NCBI GenBank assembly: GCA_052327205.1
Contig: CM126222.1
Span: 59,396,001 to 59,460,000, forward strand
Source of the DNA: Somniosus microcephalus
Lineage: Eukaryota
Direction: 5' to 3'
DNA: 64,000 nucleotides
A program made the translations under genes and the position numbers. The notes under the pieces are model-generated. The model saw only the letters and a list, made by a program, of their open reading frames with translations, searched no databases and was not told where the DNA came from. Below, piece by piece: positions 37,451 through 50,428 of this stretch (position 1 is the first letter of the stretch; the number at the start of each line of letters is the position of its first letter).

Positions 37451-38869
37451 TAAAGTGCAAGAAAATAAATACACTGAAAATCTATTATACTATTTATTTG
37501 TCTTTTCAATATGGATTGTACAGAAGGCTCCCTTTCTTTGAGCTACTTCTCATTGTAATGCATCCCTATTATGTCTCTCAGAAACAGACACCCAGACCAG
37601 TTACATATGATTGCACAGCATGACTGGCTGGACAGTCAGCACCTCATTGTGATCCCTTCTGAAAGGTGGACTGTGTTTTTTAGTGAGTAAATTGGGTTAG
37701 CCAGTAACTTGGTAAGAAAGACTAATGCTCTTTATTATCATTCAGTTTTAATAATAGTTAGTGTTAGGTTCAAAGGGCATGTATACACTGATGCTGGGAC
37801 CTTGTGGTAATCATGCTGTTTCCTAGTTCCACATGTATGACTGACACAGAACAGTGATTAAATATTTGTATAAGTTATCTGCTTAATTTTCCTTTCAAAC
37901 CACCTATTTTCAAGCAACAGTGGAGAATTAGGGAGCAATACTTAATTGCGTTTCCATTTTAGCTATCTTAGTCAGAGAAATTGGGAAGTTAAGGACATAA
38001 TTGAGAACATTTCTAAAACATTTAGAGAGTACTTTAAACTGTCTGGCTGATGATGGAAAACTTATTACAAATTAATTGCAACATATGGAACTTCTTTGGC
38101 AGAGAAAATAAGCCCAAAATCTGAACTTTTAGAATCATAAATGTGAGTTTTCAACTGTGTAATATTTAAAACATACCGATGGAAATTAGCACTTTCCAGT
38201 TTGTTGATAAATCATTGTTGGCTTAGGATTATGTTAATCTGCAACATATTTACAAGATACGATGTACTTGCTGCAAATTTAAAACACTTATTGCTTCATT
38301 CCAGGTATATCTCAGACTACGTATTTCAAACCGTATTGAGAATCCTGACAAAGTTTAGCGTAGATCACTTTGTGGAGAAAACTGATGAGAAAAGTTCTGG
38401 TTTGACGGCGGGAGAGGAGCTGTGTGGTGTTTGATGAAGTGTCTCTTCCCTATGGGAACCTTGATAACTGTTTGATTTTCAACCCTAAACGTCCTGTGAG
38501 GAATGAATGGAATCCTCAATAGTCCACAGTCAAGTGATAAATGGCAGAGGCACTTGATTAGTGAGACCACATTTTACACCTGTATGCAAGTTTTCCTTAC
38601 ATAATTTATCCTTCTTTCAAGGCGGTAGATATTTGACATTGCTGCTTCTAATTGCAAATGTTCTACATATTGATCAAAACACTTGTATGCATGGAATTTT
38701 AAATAATTATCTGTTCTTCATATTGGACCTGCAATGCCTTTTCTTTCTAATTTTCTTCGCTCCATTCCTTAATGCACTGATTCCTGCTGAGGTACAATTG
38801 CAGAGATACTGGTTGCCCTCTGGTTACCTCATCCAAAGGTCCATTCTTTATCTGTGAGCTTAGGCAGTG

Positions 38870-39155
38870 AATGCTGATAAACTATTTGACTAAGGGAGTC
38901 ACCATACTGATCTGAATCCTGCCCTTCCCTGACATCCACACACGCACACATTCCAGTAGCAACAATTAAGTAGCAGTCAGGAGTGGGTGCGCCAGCTGTG
39001 GTTTTCCCTTTTCCCCTCATTAGCTTAGGCAAATTGAGGCCAATAGTAGCACCTTTTGCAGCTGTATTTGTCACAGATTACTGATCAAACCTCGGACCTT
39101 TCTAATCTGTATTCACGCTGTGCATTGCACTTACCCACTAAGTCATCGGGAAGCC
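38870..39155 (-). mobile_element. Old tRNA-derived SINE
   Basis: Minus strand begins GATGACTTAGTGGGTAAG (A-box-like) ... GGTTTGATC (B-box-like). The body resembles 52880-53075. Confidence 0.45.
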
Positions 39156-39954
39156 CTCTATGTCCCGCCACATTTATTGGAAGCACAAATTAACTCGTTA
39201 ATAGACACCCTACCATCTCTTGAGTATGTTTGAGTTCTGTTACTGATGAGAGCTATGCAGCCTCATTCAGACTTCAGATTTCACCTGCGAATAATCCAAA
39301 AGAGAAAAGAAAGACTTGCATTTCACATAATGCCTAACCACATTTTGTGTTCTGATTCTAGTGACTCGGTAATATAAACAGTCCTGACTTTTGGTGAACA
39401 TCACTATTGCTTGGCAGTGCGGATGCTGATGGTATTACACCTGGTATCTATCACTGTGCCATAATCGATTGTCACCATAGTGGCCGGATCATTCTCCATT
39501 CACACGTTTTCTAATGTGAATAGAGAATGATCTGTCCACTCTAGTGGTACTCAGAATCACTCTGGGTATTATTTTGTAACAAAACACATTTCTGATTTGC
39601 TGCCTTATTAATGCATACACAGTTTCAACTACTCTATGATTGGTGACAGTCTTATGCTTTCTTCAAATATATAGGCATAGATCAGTGGATATATTTCTTT
39701 TGATTGTTATAAGTGAAAAAGTCAGCTAAGTGTAAAACTGGAATACCTACTTCTTCACTCACATTAGAGGCTAGAGGAGAAAATACCTTCAGAGCTAAGT
39801 GTGTGGTAACTTGGCCCCTTGTGTTTTTAACCCCCTTTAATAATCTTTGATATTTGTAATATGAAATGTATGCTGGGTCTGGTGGGTTCTGTTTTTTGTT
39901 GATTTCTGAATTTATAAATACAGTTACGGACTAAATGTTTTGCTTCAACACATT

Positions 39955-40795
39955 GGGATAGATTTTGCCGAACCTGTCGGGAAGAAGACGGGACTTCCCC
40001 TTTCGGGTTTTTGACCCGCCTACTTCGACGTCCGGCCAATCCGCGCGATTTTCCCTTGATTGACCTTGTTGAGCCCGCCCAGCGGGCTCAGCAAGCTAAT
40101 TAAGGGCCACCCGGCAACAGGTGAGGTAACAGACTAAAATTTCATCTGTCAAGAGTTCTTGACAGATGAAATATCGGTGTCTCACAGCTGTTTGAAGCTG
40201 TGAAACACTGGCACTCTGAGTTCTAAGCTGAGTCATTCTGCACAGACTCAGTTAGAACTCTTACCGGCACTCAAAGCTGAAGGCTGTCACTTTTGACAGA
40301 TCGCAGCCGTTCAGCTTTCAGTTCTGGCTGAGTGATGCGCTCCTGACGGCTACAGGAAGAAAGGCTGCTAAGGTAAGTACAGGTAAGTAAAAGTTCTTTA
40401 CACACTTTAGACACACCAAACACACTTACCTTTGCACTCATGCACCCATCACTCACCTGAGCGCCGACATCGCGACCCCTCCAACTCCTTCAACCCGACA
40501 GCCCGCCTGCTCTACCTGGCGTGGTTTGAAGCCGTCGGGAAACACACACAAAACCCCTCAAAATAGGGATTAGGCTAAAAACTGCCTGTTAACTACCTGT
40601 TAACAGGCAGTTAATTGGCACTAATCCCTTCCCGCCTGGTTTCGGCGAGTCCCAGTGCAGGGCGGGTACCTGCCGCCCCTAAAACTTACGTGGAGCGGGG
40701 TTTTGGGCGGGATGGTGTCGGGACCCTCAAATTCGGGATTTCCCCCCCGCCACATGCCTGAAACCCCGCCTGACAGCTCTCCGAAAATCTAGCCC
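39955..40795. mobile_element. Harbinger-type MITE, multi-hairpin family, copy B
   Basis: TIRs GGGATAGATTTT / AAAATCTAGCCC, 3-bp TSD ATT, collinear with 19656-20490. Confidence 0.85.
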
Positions 40796-41213
40796 ATTGA
40801 TACAACTGCTAATGTGCTTTTACCAAATCAAATAGTATAGAGTATACCACTTATATAAAAAAAGTTGGTATTCTTCTTACTGCCCCAGGACAGCCACTTT
40901 GAATGGACTGAGCAAACTGGGGCTTCCAGTCTACCCACAGTCTGATTCCATTTGCTAGGCAGTACCTCTTATTGAGCCGTATGTCGTAAGTGTGCACTTG
41001 CACCTGTCATTTTAATTGGTAATAAACTAAATGAAGTGAGATGGAATAACTTTATTACAGGTATATGTACTACTGTAATAATTTTACAGTATATTTAGAA
41101 CATAAGCAAGGGAATAGGGCAGATTATTTTTTTTAGCTAAATGTTGTGGCATAACAATCTTCCTAAAATCAATTGAGAGTATAACACCAGACTACTGTTA
41201 AGTTACGCTTTTA

Positions 41214-41949
41214 GGGGTAAAAATTTGGTTGCTTTGCGCCTTCTGAGAGGGCACTAACGGGGTGCGAAGCAACGAGTAACCGGGCGTGGCACCGGCAACG
41301 CCTCCTGCGAAACTCAGCGGGAGGTTAGCGGCGGTGGTAGCCGATAGCACCCTGTGGCGCTGCGCTGCTGGCGATGACATCATCGCCATGCGCAGCACCC
41401 CGCTCGCGCCCCGGCTGCGATCTTTGGTAGCGCCCCCTGACTTACCGCCGGACGTTATGTCCGACGGGGTCATGGGGGCTGCCCTGCGGCCGGGGCAGTG
41501 CTATTTAAAGGCGAGGTGCCGGGCGGCCAATTTTGTTGCTGGCCGCCTGCCAGCACCTGCCTCCGCTCCCGTCTCTGGTCTCCTGAGCACCCCCCCCCCC
41601 CGCTGCAGAGTGCCGGCTGCGCTCCATGAACCCGGCACTTCTCTTGAGTGCTGGGCGCTTTTGCCGGCACTCTGATCCCAGTGGCCCACCTGGGCCCCAG
41701 GTCGCGCTGTGCAAGGCCCCTCCCTTTTAAAAAGGGGAGGAAGGCCTGCAATACCGCGGCACGTAGCGCTGTGATATTCCCTCGCAGCGCCCCAAGAGGG
41801 AGGCGGGGCACTTCCAGTAGCACCCTGCTTCCCTCATGGGGTGCTACCACTCAATTTCGGCTGCGGGGGTGCTAGTTTTTTCGGGGTGCTAAAAGTAGCG
41901 CCCCAGCAAAGTTAGCGCCCCAAAGGGGGCGCGACTCAATTTTTCCCCC
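41214..41949. mobile_element. Harbinger-type MITE, young and CpG-rich
   Basis: TIRs GGGGTAAAAATT / AATTTTTCCCCC and 3-bp TSD TTA, the PIF/Harbinger TWA target. Confidence 0.9.
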
Positions 41950-42979
41950 TTACTATTTAAATTATAGTATGCATCAAAATGTTGCATGGATTTTCTTTAA
42001 TGTTACTACTTTGTTTATATTTCTGCTACAGTATTGTTGTGGAAATTATGTCATAGACTGAATGACAGCCAACATATGCTCAGCCGATGACATCATACGG
42101 TGGAATAATTTATATGAAAAGAGATGTAACATATTTAATGTGAAAAAGACTTAAGTTGCTAAGATTTGTTTTTTTTAATAAGTCTTGCAAACTGCCAGAA
42201 TTTTAAGATAGGCCATTAAGTTGGAATTTTACTTGATCAATAATTCGTGGGTGAATTCATATTGACTCTCTGGCTCACCATAAATACATCATCGGGTTGT
42301 ACATTTTTAAACATTCCCTTGACCTTATTAAACGATACAAAAATTGTTGGACTTGTTTCAAATGGTTAGGTGATACATGCAAACCATGAAAATTATATTT
42401 GCTTAAAGGAACTATAAGCACAATTAGTTGGCGATAGAATTGTTAATGCTGTTCTATTGCTAATAATCTGAAAATGAAAGAATAATATAGAAGGATTCAT
42501 AGAAGTAAGGTATTTCAGGTCTTCACCATTTAAAAAATAATAATTTAGCACTCCTGTGGGTGGGATAAAGGAACTACAGTTACGTGCTCCTTCGGACTGA
42601 TACCACTTCCTGGGCATGGTGCAGTACAGGGACAGATGCAATAGGTTCAGTATTATGTCTGTATCTAATACGGATGGAGGCATGTGGATTGAGGATGTAC
42701 TATTCTAACCAGTTTCAAAATCGTTCAGCTAAAAACCTCAGTCAGTATGAATCTTAACAAGTACCTCTTAACATATAGATTAAAATTTTAAGCAAATTGT
42801 TTCTTTAAACTCATAAAGTTGCTGACGAGTATTAATAAATGGATTCATCTATGCTGTGCAATATCCAAATCCAGTGTCGCTAAGTATTTTCAAAATAATG
42901 CAGTAATCAGTATCCGGAACTGATAATTACATGGTCAAAAAAGCAATAGGCCTGATGTCATTGCACAATAAGAAACAAT

Positions 42980-43722
42980 GGGCCAGATATTCCGATCCCT
43001 ACGGGTGGGTATGCACTGTGTACCCACCCGTAGGGACATCGGAAATGTCGGTTTCAGGTATGCGCTGCTCATGCGCTGGAAACCGGCATTTCCGATCCGT
43101 CAAGAAATCTCCAGCTGCCCGGGAGCAGGGTCTCGGCGGGCGGATGGTTCTGCTTTTTGGAGACCCTCCGCCCGCAGAAAACACTTATAATTCTTGCGCC
43201 TGGTAAAAGCAGGTGTAAGGCCTGCTTTTACCAGGATAAGAGTTGAAAAAAGTTTTTTAAAAAAAATTTCCACTGATTTATCATTTAAAAATACTTTAAA
43301 AAAAGGTAAGTTTATTTTTAGCCCCATAAAAAACTTTAATTATTTTTTTGAAAAATGTAAAGTTTTGTTTAAAATAGTTAATTTATTGTACTTTCATGTC
43401 ATTTAAAAAATGTGATTTAAAAAAAAATGTACTTGAAGTTTTACAGTGTTTTGGGGGTGATCTCCATTCATATATTTGACAGGTCTTCCTGTCAAATGTA
43501 TGAAGGGAGATCCCCTTCTCCTATTGGCTCCCCATGGCCCACGTGAGCCCAGGAACGCTGCGAACTACATGTCCCTGGGATACGTGGGCCCTGCGCACCG
43601 GCAGTTTGGTGAGGCCCAGGATCGGAATTGTGCGCTTCCCGTGAGCCCTCAGGTCAGGGCGCAGATTTTTCCAGATCGCAGCCCTCTGCCCACGGGAGGC
43701 CTGCGATCGGAAAATACGGGCC
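42980..43722. mobile_element. Harbinger-type MITE with GC-rich arms and AT-rich core
   Basis: TIRs GGGCCAGATATTCCGATC / GATCGGAAAATACGGGCC, 3-bp TSD AAT. Confidence 0.85.
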
Positions 43723-44074
43723 AATGTAATTAAGGCTTATTCCATCTTTGAGAATAGATAAAACTAACCTAATTGAGGTATTCAAATAGTTCTGAATTGT
43801 TACCTGGATTTACTCTAGTATATGTTACAACAATTCACAATATTTGAATTGTAACACCTCAGTTGATTACTGCCGTGCAGCAAAATTGGTGTCAATGCAA
43901 TGTGCTGTTTTGGTAGTTAAGAATTAGGTGAGATGCCAGCCATCGTCTTAAGCATATTTACAAAATAAAAATTAAATGAGATTGAAATGGTATTTATTGC
44001 TGTTTGAATGTCTTAAGTTTAGGATACTCTCGTGAAAATACTTAATAACTGGTAGGATAAAAAACAGTGTAAAC

Positions 44075-44520
44075 AAAGAAAGAACTTGCATTCATATAGC
44101 GTCTTCCGTGTCTTCAGGGTGTCCCAAAGCACGTCACAGCTGATGAAGTAGTTTTAAAGTGTAGTCACTATTGTAATGTAGGCAAACACAGCAGCCAGTT
44201 TTCACACAGCAAGGGCCTATAAACAGCAATGAGATAAATGACCAGATAATCTGTTTAATGGTATTGTTTGAGGGATAAATGTTGTCTAGTGCCGGGAGAA
44301 CTCTTCTGCTCTTGTTCAAAAAGTGCCATTTGATCTTTTTACATCCAACTGAGAGCCCCTGTACTACACCATGCCCAGTTTAACATCTCATCTGAAATAT
44401 GGCATCTCCAACAGTGCAGCACTTCCTCAGTACTGCACTGAAGTCTCTGGAGTGGGGCTTCAACCTATGATATCTGTCTAAGAGGCAACAGTGCTGCTAC
44501 CACTGAGTCAAGGCTGATAC
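44075..44520 (-). mobile_element. DeuSINE (SacSINE1-like), diverged copy
   Basis: Reverse-complement homologue of 35520-35977. Confidence 0.8.
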
Positions 44521-44589
44521 TTATGTGACTCATGATGCTTGCTTTTGACTTTGTGGAGTCAGAGAGGATTACGTTTCTGCTTTAGAGCA

Positions 44590-45600
44590 TTTAAAAAAAT
44601 GTGTTCTCCGGATGTGATTAGCACCGGCAAGGCCACATTTATTGCCTATGCTCAGTTGCTCTGAGAAGGTGGTGAAGCACCTCATCCTTTAACCGCTGCT
44701 GTTCTTGTGCTGGTGACGAACCCACAATGGCACGAGGTAGGGAATTAGAGAACAGTGGCCCAGTGACAATGAAGGATTGGTGATATATATCCAAGTCAGG
44801 CTAGTGGGTGAGTTGGAGGAGAACTTGGAGGTGATGGTATATCTAATTGCTGTTCTTTTCCTTCTTGGTGGTAGATGTCACAGGGAGAGAGGTGTTGTTT
44901 AAGTAATATTGGTGAGTTGATGCAGTGCATCCTGTAGATCAAACATATGCAAGCACAGTGTGCTAATGATGGAGGGGTTAGATATTGAGTCCAGTGACAG
45001 GGGTTCCGATCAAGCAGACTTCTCAGTCCTGGATAGTGTTGAATGTTTTGTATGTTGTTGTGGTTGCACTATCTCAGCAAGGAGATTATCCACTTATCGC
45101 AGAGTATCCAACCACTGCCCTGATTCAGTACCAGTAGCATTTATATAGCTGTTTTATTTTAGCTTTTAGTGAATCGTGACCTCTAAGATGTTGGTGGTGA
45201 TGGAATGGTGGTGCTGCTGACGGTTGTGGAGAGATGGCTGGGCTTTATTTTGTTCAAGGTGGTCATAGGCTAGCACTTACATGAGGCCAATGTCACCTGG
45301 CACTTGCCAGCCCAAACCTGGGTGTTGTCCAGGTCCTGCTGTAGACTGGCATGGGTTCCTTCATCAAAAGAGTCATGACTGGAATTAAACACTGGAATTA
45401 TCAGCAAACAGCCCCATTCCTGACCTTATCATCGAAGGAAGGCCATTGTTGAAGCAGCTGAAGATGGTAGGGCTGAGGATATTTCCCTAAGGAACTCTTG
45501 CAGTAATGTGCTGGGGCTGCGATAATTGGCCTCTGACAACCACAACTATCTTCATTTGTGTCAGGCATGACTTCAGCCAGTGTGAAGCAGGATAATTTAT
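44590..45600 (-). mobile_element. Older copy of the CR1/Jockey-group LINE seen at 18384-20660
   Basis: Collinear similarity: GGCAAGGCCACATTTATTGCC, CCAAGTCAGG, GAACTTGGAGGTG, GTCCAGGTCCTGCTG. Confidence 0.75.
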
Positions 45601-47823
45601 TGCATTCATTGGCTGTTTGCCTACCTTGATCAGAGAGTTTGGGCACGGGCTAGTGTTGACATATGGTGTTTGGATACAAGTAAAGTTTAAATAGTGCTTA
45701 TCACAACTCTAACACCTTCATTAGCTCTGACATACCTGTGCAACAGATAGTTAAAACTGCCACCTGAGGTGACATTGAAACATTTGCACTTTGTGTCCTA
45801 TGTTGTTCAATAAAACTGGTTCAGTAATTTGTTGGCAGTGATGCAGTGAAAAAAGAGCAATTAGTACTTATTAGAGGAAGGTAGAGATAGCATTAATCTT
45901 TTCTTATCACATAGTCAGCTGTTGCACTAACCTGCTGTTGCTTGCATTCTTCATACCGACATGATAACAGGGGGAAAACATTAAATTAACTATCCAGTTG
46001 TTTTGAATATTCTTCCGGGAATATGGATAGCTAAACCATATAGGGAGTGGCATAAACAGTGGTCACATTAATAATTTTAAATGCATGTTGTTTCTTGTAG
46101 CGATGTCTTATTTTTCTTTATTTTGCCTCATCAGTAAAATGAGATGCAAGTATTCGGAGCTACTTATCAGTGTTCTGAAGGAGTTGCATCATAATAGATT
46201 TCATGGTACACTTGTAGTGTAGAACGTGTTATAGATTCCAATAACTTTACATAAATAAGTGCTAGTATTCTGAATATAACTTTTATCTGAGATATATTAC
46301 TTCCTGTGATGTTCAGTGAACAATATTCTCTGACTGGATGGTATGAGACTGGCCATAGTTGCAGATGTATGCCATTCCACCAGCAATTTTAAGTAACGTG
46401 AAATATATATTTTTTGATGTGTATACATAATTCTGTATTGCAATCTTGGAGTGCAGCCGATCTTACAAAACTTGTCATTTATTCCTTGCATTTGATAATA
46501 TTGTCTGCATTCTTTGATGTGTTCCTGCCTTATAACCCATTCATGCCTATGTGTTCTTCTATATATACCCTGACTATTGGCTGCTGAGTATTTGCCTTTC
46601 ACACCATCGTTTTCTTCTGCTCACAATTATAGACACTTGGTGCCTGTGGTAACCTTGGAGGGGAGAGGATTGGCATAAAAAGGTGCAAGAAATAAAAACC
46701 GATTTTGGAATAGTCTAACAACGTATTGAAAATGTCACTTAAGGATGGCTAAACCATATTGATTGTGTTTCTAATAATCACCTGTGGACTATCGTAAAAC
46801 AAATGCATCAACTTGTGAACCATATGTGTCTGATGCAATATCTATAATCGGTACTACGAAAGAGCAAAAATGGAACAACATGATCTCCATTAATTCCATG
46901 GTATTAAATTAAAAGGTGTATATATAAAAGTGATATTAAGACTGTAACCTCATTTCAAGGTTCAAATTACAATTATAAACTGCTTTAGCTCTGCAGTCAT
47001 GGTTTGCGATGTTATCTGTACCCATCAGTGAGACTACTGCCTTGTAATTACTCATGGGTATTAATTATTCTCTTTGTGTGGAGTTGTCTATTTACTGTTG
47101 ATAGCTGTCTGTAGGACCTTGCTCCTTGCTTGAGAAGATCCTGATCTTAGCTGCACTGTCAGGAGGAGGTGTATTCCTGAGACAGTGCAGTTCACTAGAG
47201 GGATGGAATGGAAGAGAAGGCCAGTTGCTCAGCAACTCCTTCTGAGACATCCTTTTGCAGCTAGTTAGAGAATCCGAGAATGGTGTGGTGCAGAAAAGGG
47301 GTTGAGGAGATTATAACTTGAGCATGACTCTCAGCCTTCCTCTCCTGAAGGTGAAGGGGAGAAAAATACACGTGGGTACTGGAAAAATCTGAGTATTAAA
47401 ACAAATTTGCCTGCGTAGGTGGTGTCTTTTTATCTTGTTTGTCGATATGATATTCTAAGATATATAATATATTATAATATCCTGTAAAGGTTCTGTACAT
47501 CCAACAATAATTTTTAGCTTACATGTTTTGTAATAGCTCTGAATAGTCGTCACACATTCTCTAGTTTGCCACATGCAATGCACCTTTGTACTGGTTTTAC
47601 TGTGGCATTTTGTTCAGTGTTTTCTATTCCAGTTAACACTTCAGAACCACTGAGACATACAGCGGAACCACTTTTCTTCAATTCCCATCCATTGTTACTG
47701 TCCACTAATGTCCCAAGTTTTTTGAATGTATTCATTCACGTGAGACATAAAAGAGCTGCCCACTCCATCGGTGTTTCACTTTGCCTGTAACTGATAATGT
47801 TTCATGTAATGGTGCATAGTAAG

Positions 47824-48050
47824 TGACGTAATAAAACTCACTAACCACTTGGTTTGAGCATAAAGCAAGGCTTTAATCAACTTGTTTCAGAACATGGAGG
47901 TCTAGTTGTATTTCACTAGCTCCTTGTCTTACAAAATGTCCCTGGCAAGCTGGGGCCCACGCCCGAGTATTTATACTCCTTGGACGGCGCCACCAGCTGG
48001 CCGTCCAGCGTTATTTCAGAAGTAGTTTCTTGATGATGAGATTTATAACA
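47824..48050 (-). mobile_element. Solo LTR, same family as 21577-21807
   Basis: Reverse complement of 21577-21807 with few differences, and its own 5-bp TSD GTAAG. Confidence 0.9.
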
Positions 48051-48699
48051 GTAAGCTCTTTTTTTTAATGGGCTTGCTCATCAGCAAGATTCTTTATTTA
48101 GCTCTTCTCCCTCATACAACATCCTGCCAAAAGGGACAGAACAATAATTTCCTGCCAGGTGTCTTACAGAACCGCTCAGTGCGAAGGTCTAGGGAAGTGT
48201 ACAGAAGTATTGCACAGATTCACTTACCATCTGTAGAGTTTTTTTTTTAACCTCACCCCCCTCAGGGAGAAAGTGCTGTGCCTCCAATTGGCACATCTAT
48301 CATGGGCTGGCTGAGATCTGGAATACAGCACATGAGGAATAACATGTGAAGTTGCCTCATTCCAATCCGGGTCATAGCACACTGGTGCCAATAGGCCATT
48401 CAGCAGTTGGGAAGCCTCACATTTATATTGGAATTAGTGAGAAGGAGCTCTATAGGCCAGTGGCTAAATACTACTGTTATTGTGTTACTGAGTCACGGAG
48501 ACCAAATTCACATCAGCAATTCACTAACTACAGGAGGGTGAAGCACAGGTTTTGAGCTATGTTGAAGTCAAGTTTAAAGCTGCATGAGTCCAGGGTTCAG
48601 TAATAATGTGATTATATTTTATTTATGGGGTTCCTTTCATTTGGAAAAAGTTGAGTACAAACTTTACCCACTCTTCCACAAAGCACAATTCCCTTTTAT

Positions 48700-49270
48700 G
48701 CATTCCATGTTCTCATAAACCTTTGTGAAACATTTCTTCTGACTTACCTCTTAAATCTCCTAGCGATGATCATGAGTTTATGGCCCATTACTACTGATTC
48801 ACCAAGTAATGGAAGCAATTGAAACTATCTTGCACTACTTACCCTCTCAAAATCAACACAATTTTGCAGTCTACGGATCATAGAATCATAGTATCGCACC
48901 AAAGGAAGCCATTCGGCCCATCGAATCTTCTGTATTCTTTCTCTAAGTTTGCCACACCTTCTAATTTGGCATCCTCGTCAATCTCTGATATATTTTCTCT
49001 TGTGCCTATGTCCAAATCATTTATATAAATGGCAAACAAAAGAGGTCTCTGGGGGCACATCACTACTTAGAAAACCATTACATTTATCCATACCCTCTGC
49101 ATTCTGATGCCTAGCCATATTGTTCTCCATGTGTCTACATCCCCTTTAATACCACATCCCTTCATTTTTATAATGTCTTTTATTTGGCACCTTACCAAAT
49201 GCCTTCTGAAAATCTAAATATATAACATCCACTGAATCCAATTTATCAATGCACTCTGTGATTTTTCTCA
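48700..49270 (-). mobile_element. Degraded CR1 fragments
   Basis: Antisense remnants of LLFAIYINDLD...DDAKL.G and YLDFQKAF, plus a short CATAGAATCATAG tail insertion near 48880. Confidence 0.6.
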
Positions 49271-50355
49271 ACAAATTTACAACTAATAGTAGTAACAGCT
49301 ACTTTTGGTTCAGTTAGTGTAGGCCTGGACACATTCCCTCACATCCTCAACATTACTGTCACGGGCCTTGGTGTTCTTCTAGATTTCTCAATTTAAAACA
49401 AACTAGTGAACTGAGCATACTGAATTACAAGTACCAATTTCCGAAGAATTTTAAGATAGCTGTGTAAAGTTGTCAGGCATCTGGTCACCAAAAGGGATTT
49501 ATGGAAGAAATGCTTAGAAATGGCCAGAACCTACCAAAGTGCACTAAGCCGAAAGTTGAATTTTCATGAAACAGTGTGACCGAGTCAAAATATTAAAATA
49601 TATTTTTGGGATACTCTAATTATGTATATTAGGCTGGACTGTGACGGCAGGAACTTTTCTTTGACTTCTTTGTTTCCTTCAGATGCTGTTGATAACATGG
49701 CAATCAAAAATGGGCCTTCCATGCCTCCTGCTGAATATGGGCTTTGTGTGATCAGTCTGCTACTGAATCTACTGAAGGCGGATAAGAACAGGTTTTTGGA
49801 ATGCACTAGAACAGAGCCAAATTGTTTTGGCCAGACAAGAATATTTTATGTAAATTGTTTCAGTAGAGAGATTTGAGGTAGTGTGATGCTTTATATGAAA
49901 AAGCAAGGGTTTTGTGGGGAAAGCGGCCTCCAAGAAAGGTGACATTTGAGAGAACAATTGCTATGTTGTTTGCGTGCTTTGCTGTTATGAATGGAGCCTA
50001 AGAGAAGGTGTCCTTGGGCTTCTGTTAATAGTGTACATCTTCATCTGGCTTCAGGATTAGCTTCATATAGGGAGATGTAGACAGTTTTCAAAGCAGGGCA
50101 GGCACATTTTGTGGTGTTCCAATCATTCACCTGCCTGTATGGACAGGCTTCTCAGCCAGTGCAGGCACCTGTTGCACTCTAATGGCTTCTACTCTGTTTA
50201 GCATGGTACAACTTGATGAGCTTGTTCACCAGGATGGAAAATTCAGCTTCATTGCCTTACGCACAGCTACTTCGGTGCATGTACAAGAACAATTTAGTTT
50301 TTTTTTATCAACTATCTTGTCCTGAGCGTTTACTCAGTCTCTACTGTGTCCGTAG

Positions 50356-50428
50356 GAAGCTCCATTAGGAATATTATACCTTCGTTTTGGGTGGTGGTCG
50401 GCTGAGTGATCCACGTAGTACAGCAATG
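50356..50428 (+). other. Candidate host exon ending in a start codon (5' UTR + ATG)
   Basis: Acceptor CTCTACTGTGTCCGTAG|, donor ATG|GTAAGA. ATG at 50426-50428 would splice in frame to 55240. Confidence 0.45.

Noticed and set aside
41198-41875. Cluster of overlapping GC-rich ORFs and an apparent CpG island
   Set aside because: Essentially confined to a TIR/TSD-bounded MITE. The ORFs reflect the scarcity of stops in GC-rich DNA.
49684-49791. Possible extra exon (TTTCCTTCAG|ATGCTG...AACAG|GTTTTT)
   Set aside because: Good acceptor but weak donor, and no recognisable peptide. Insufficient support.
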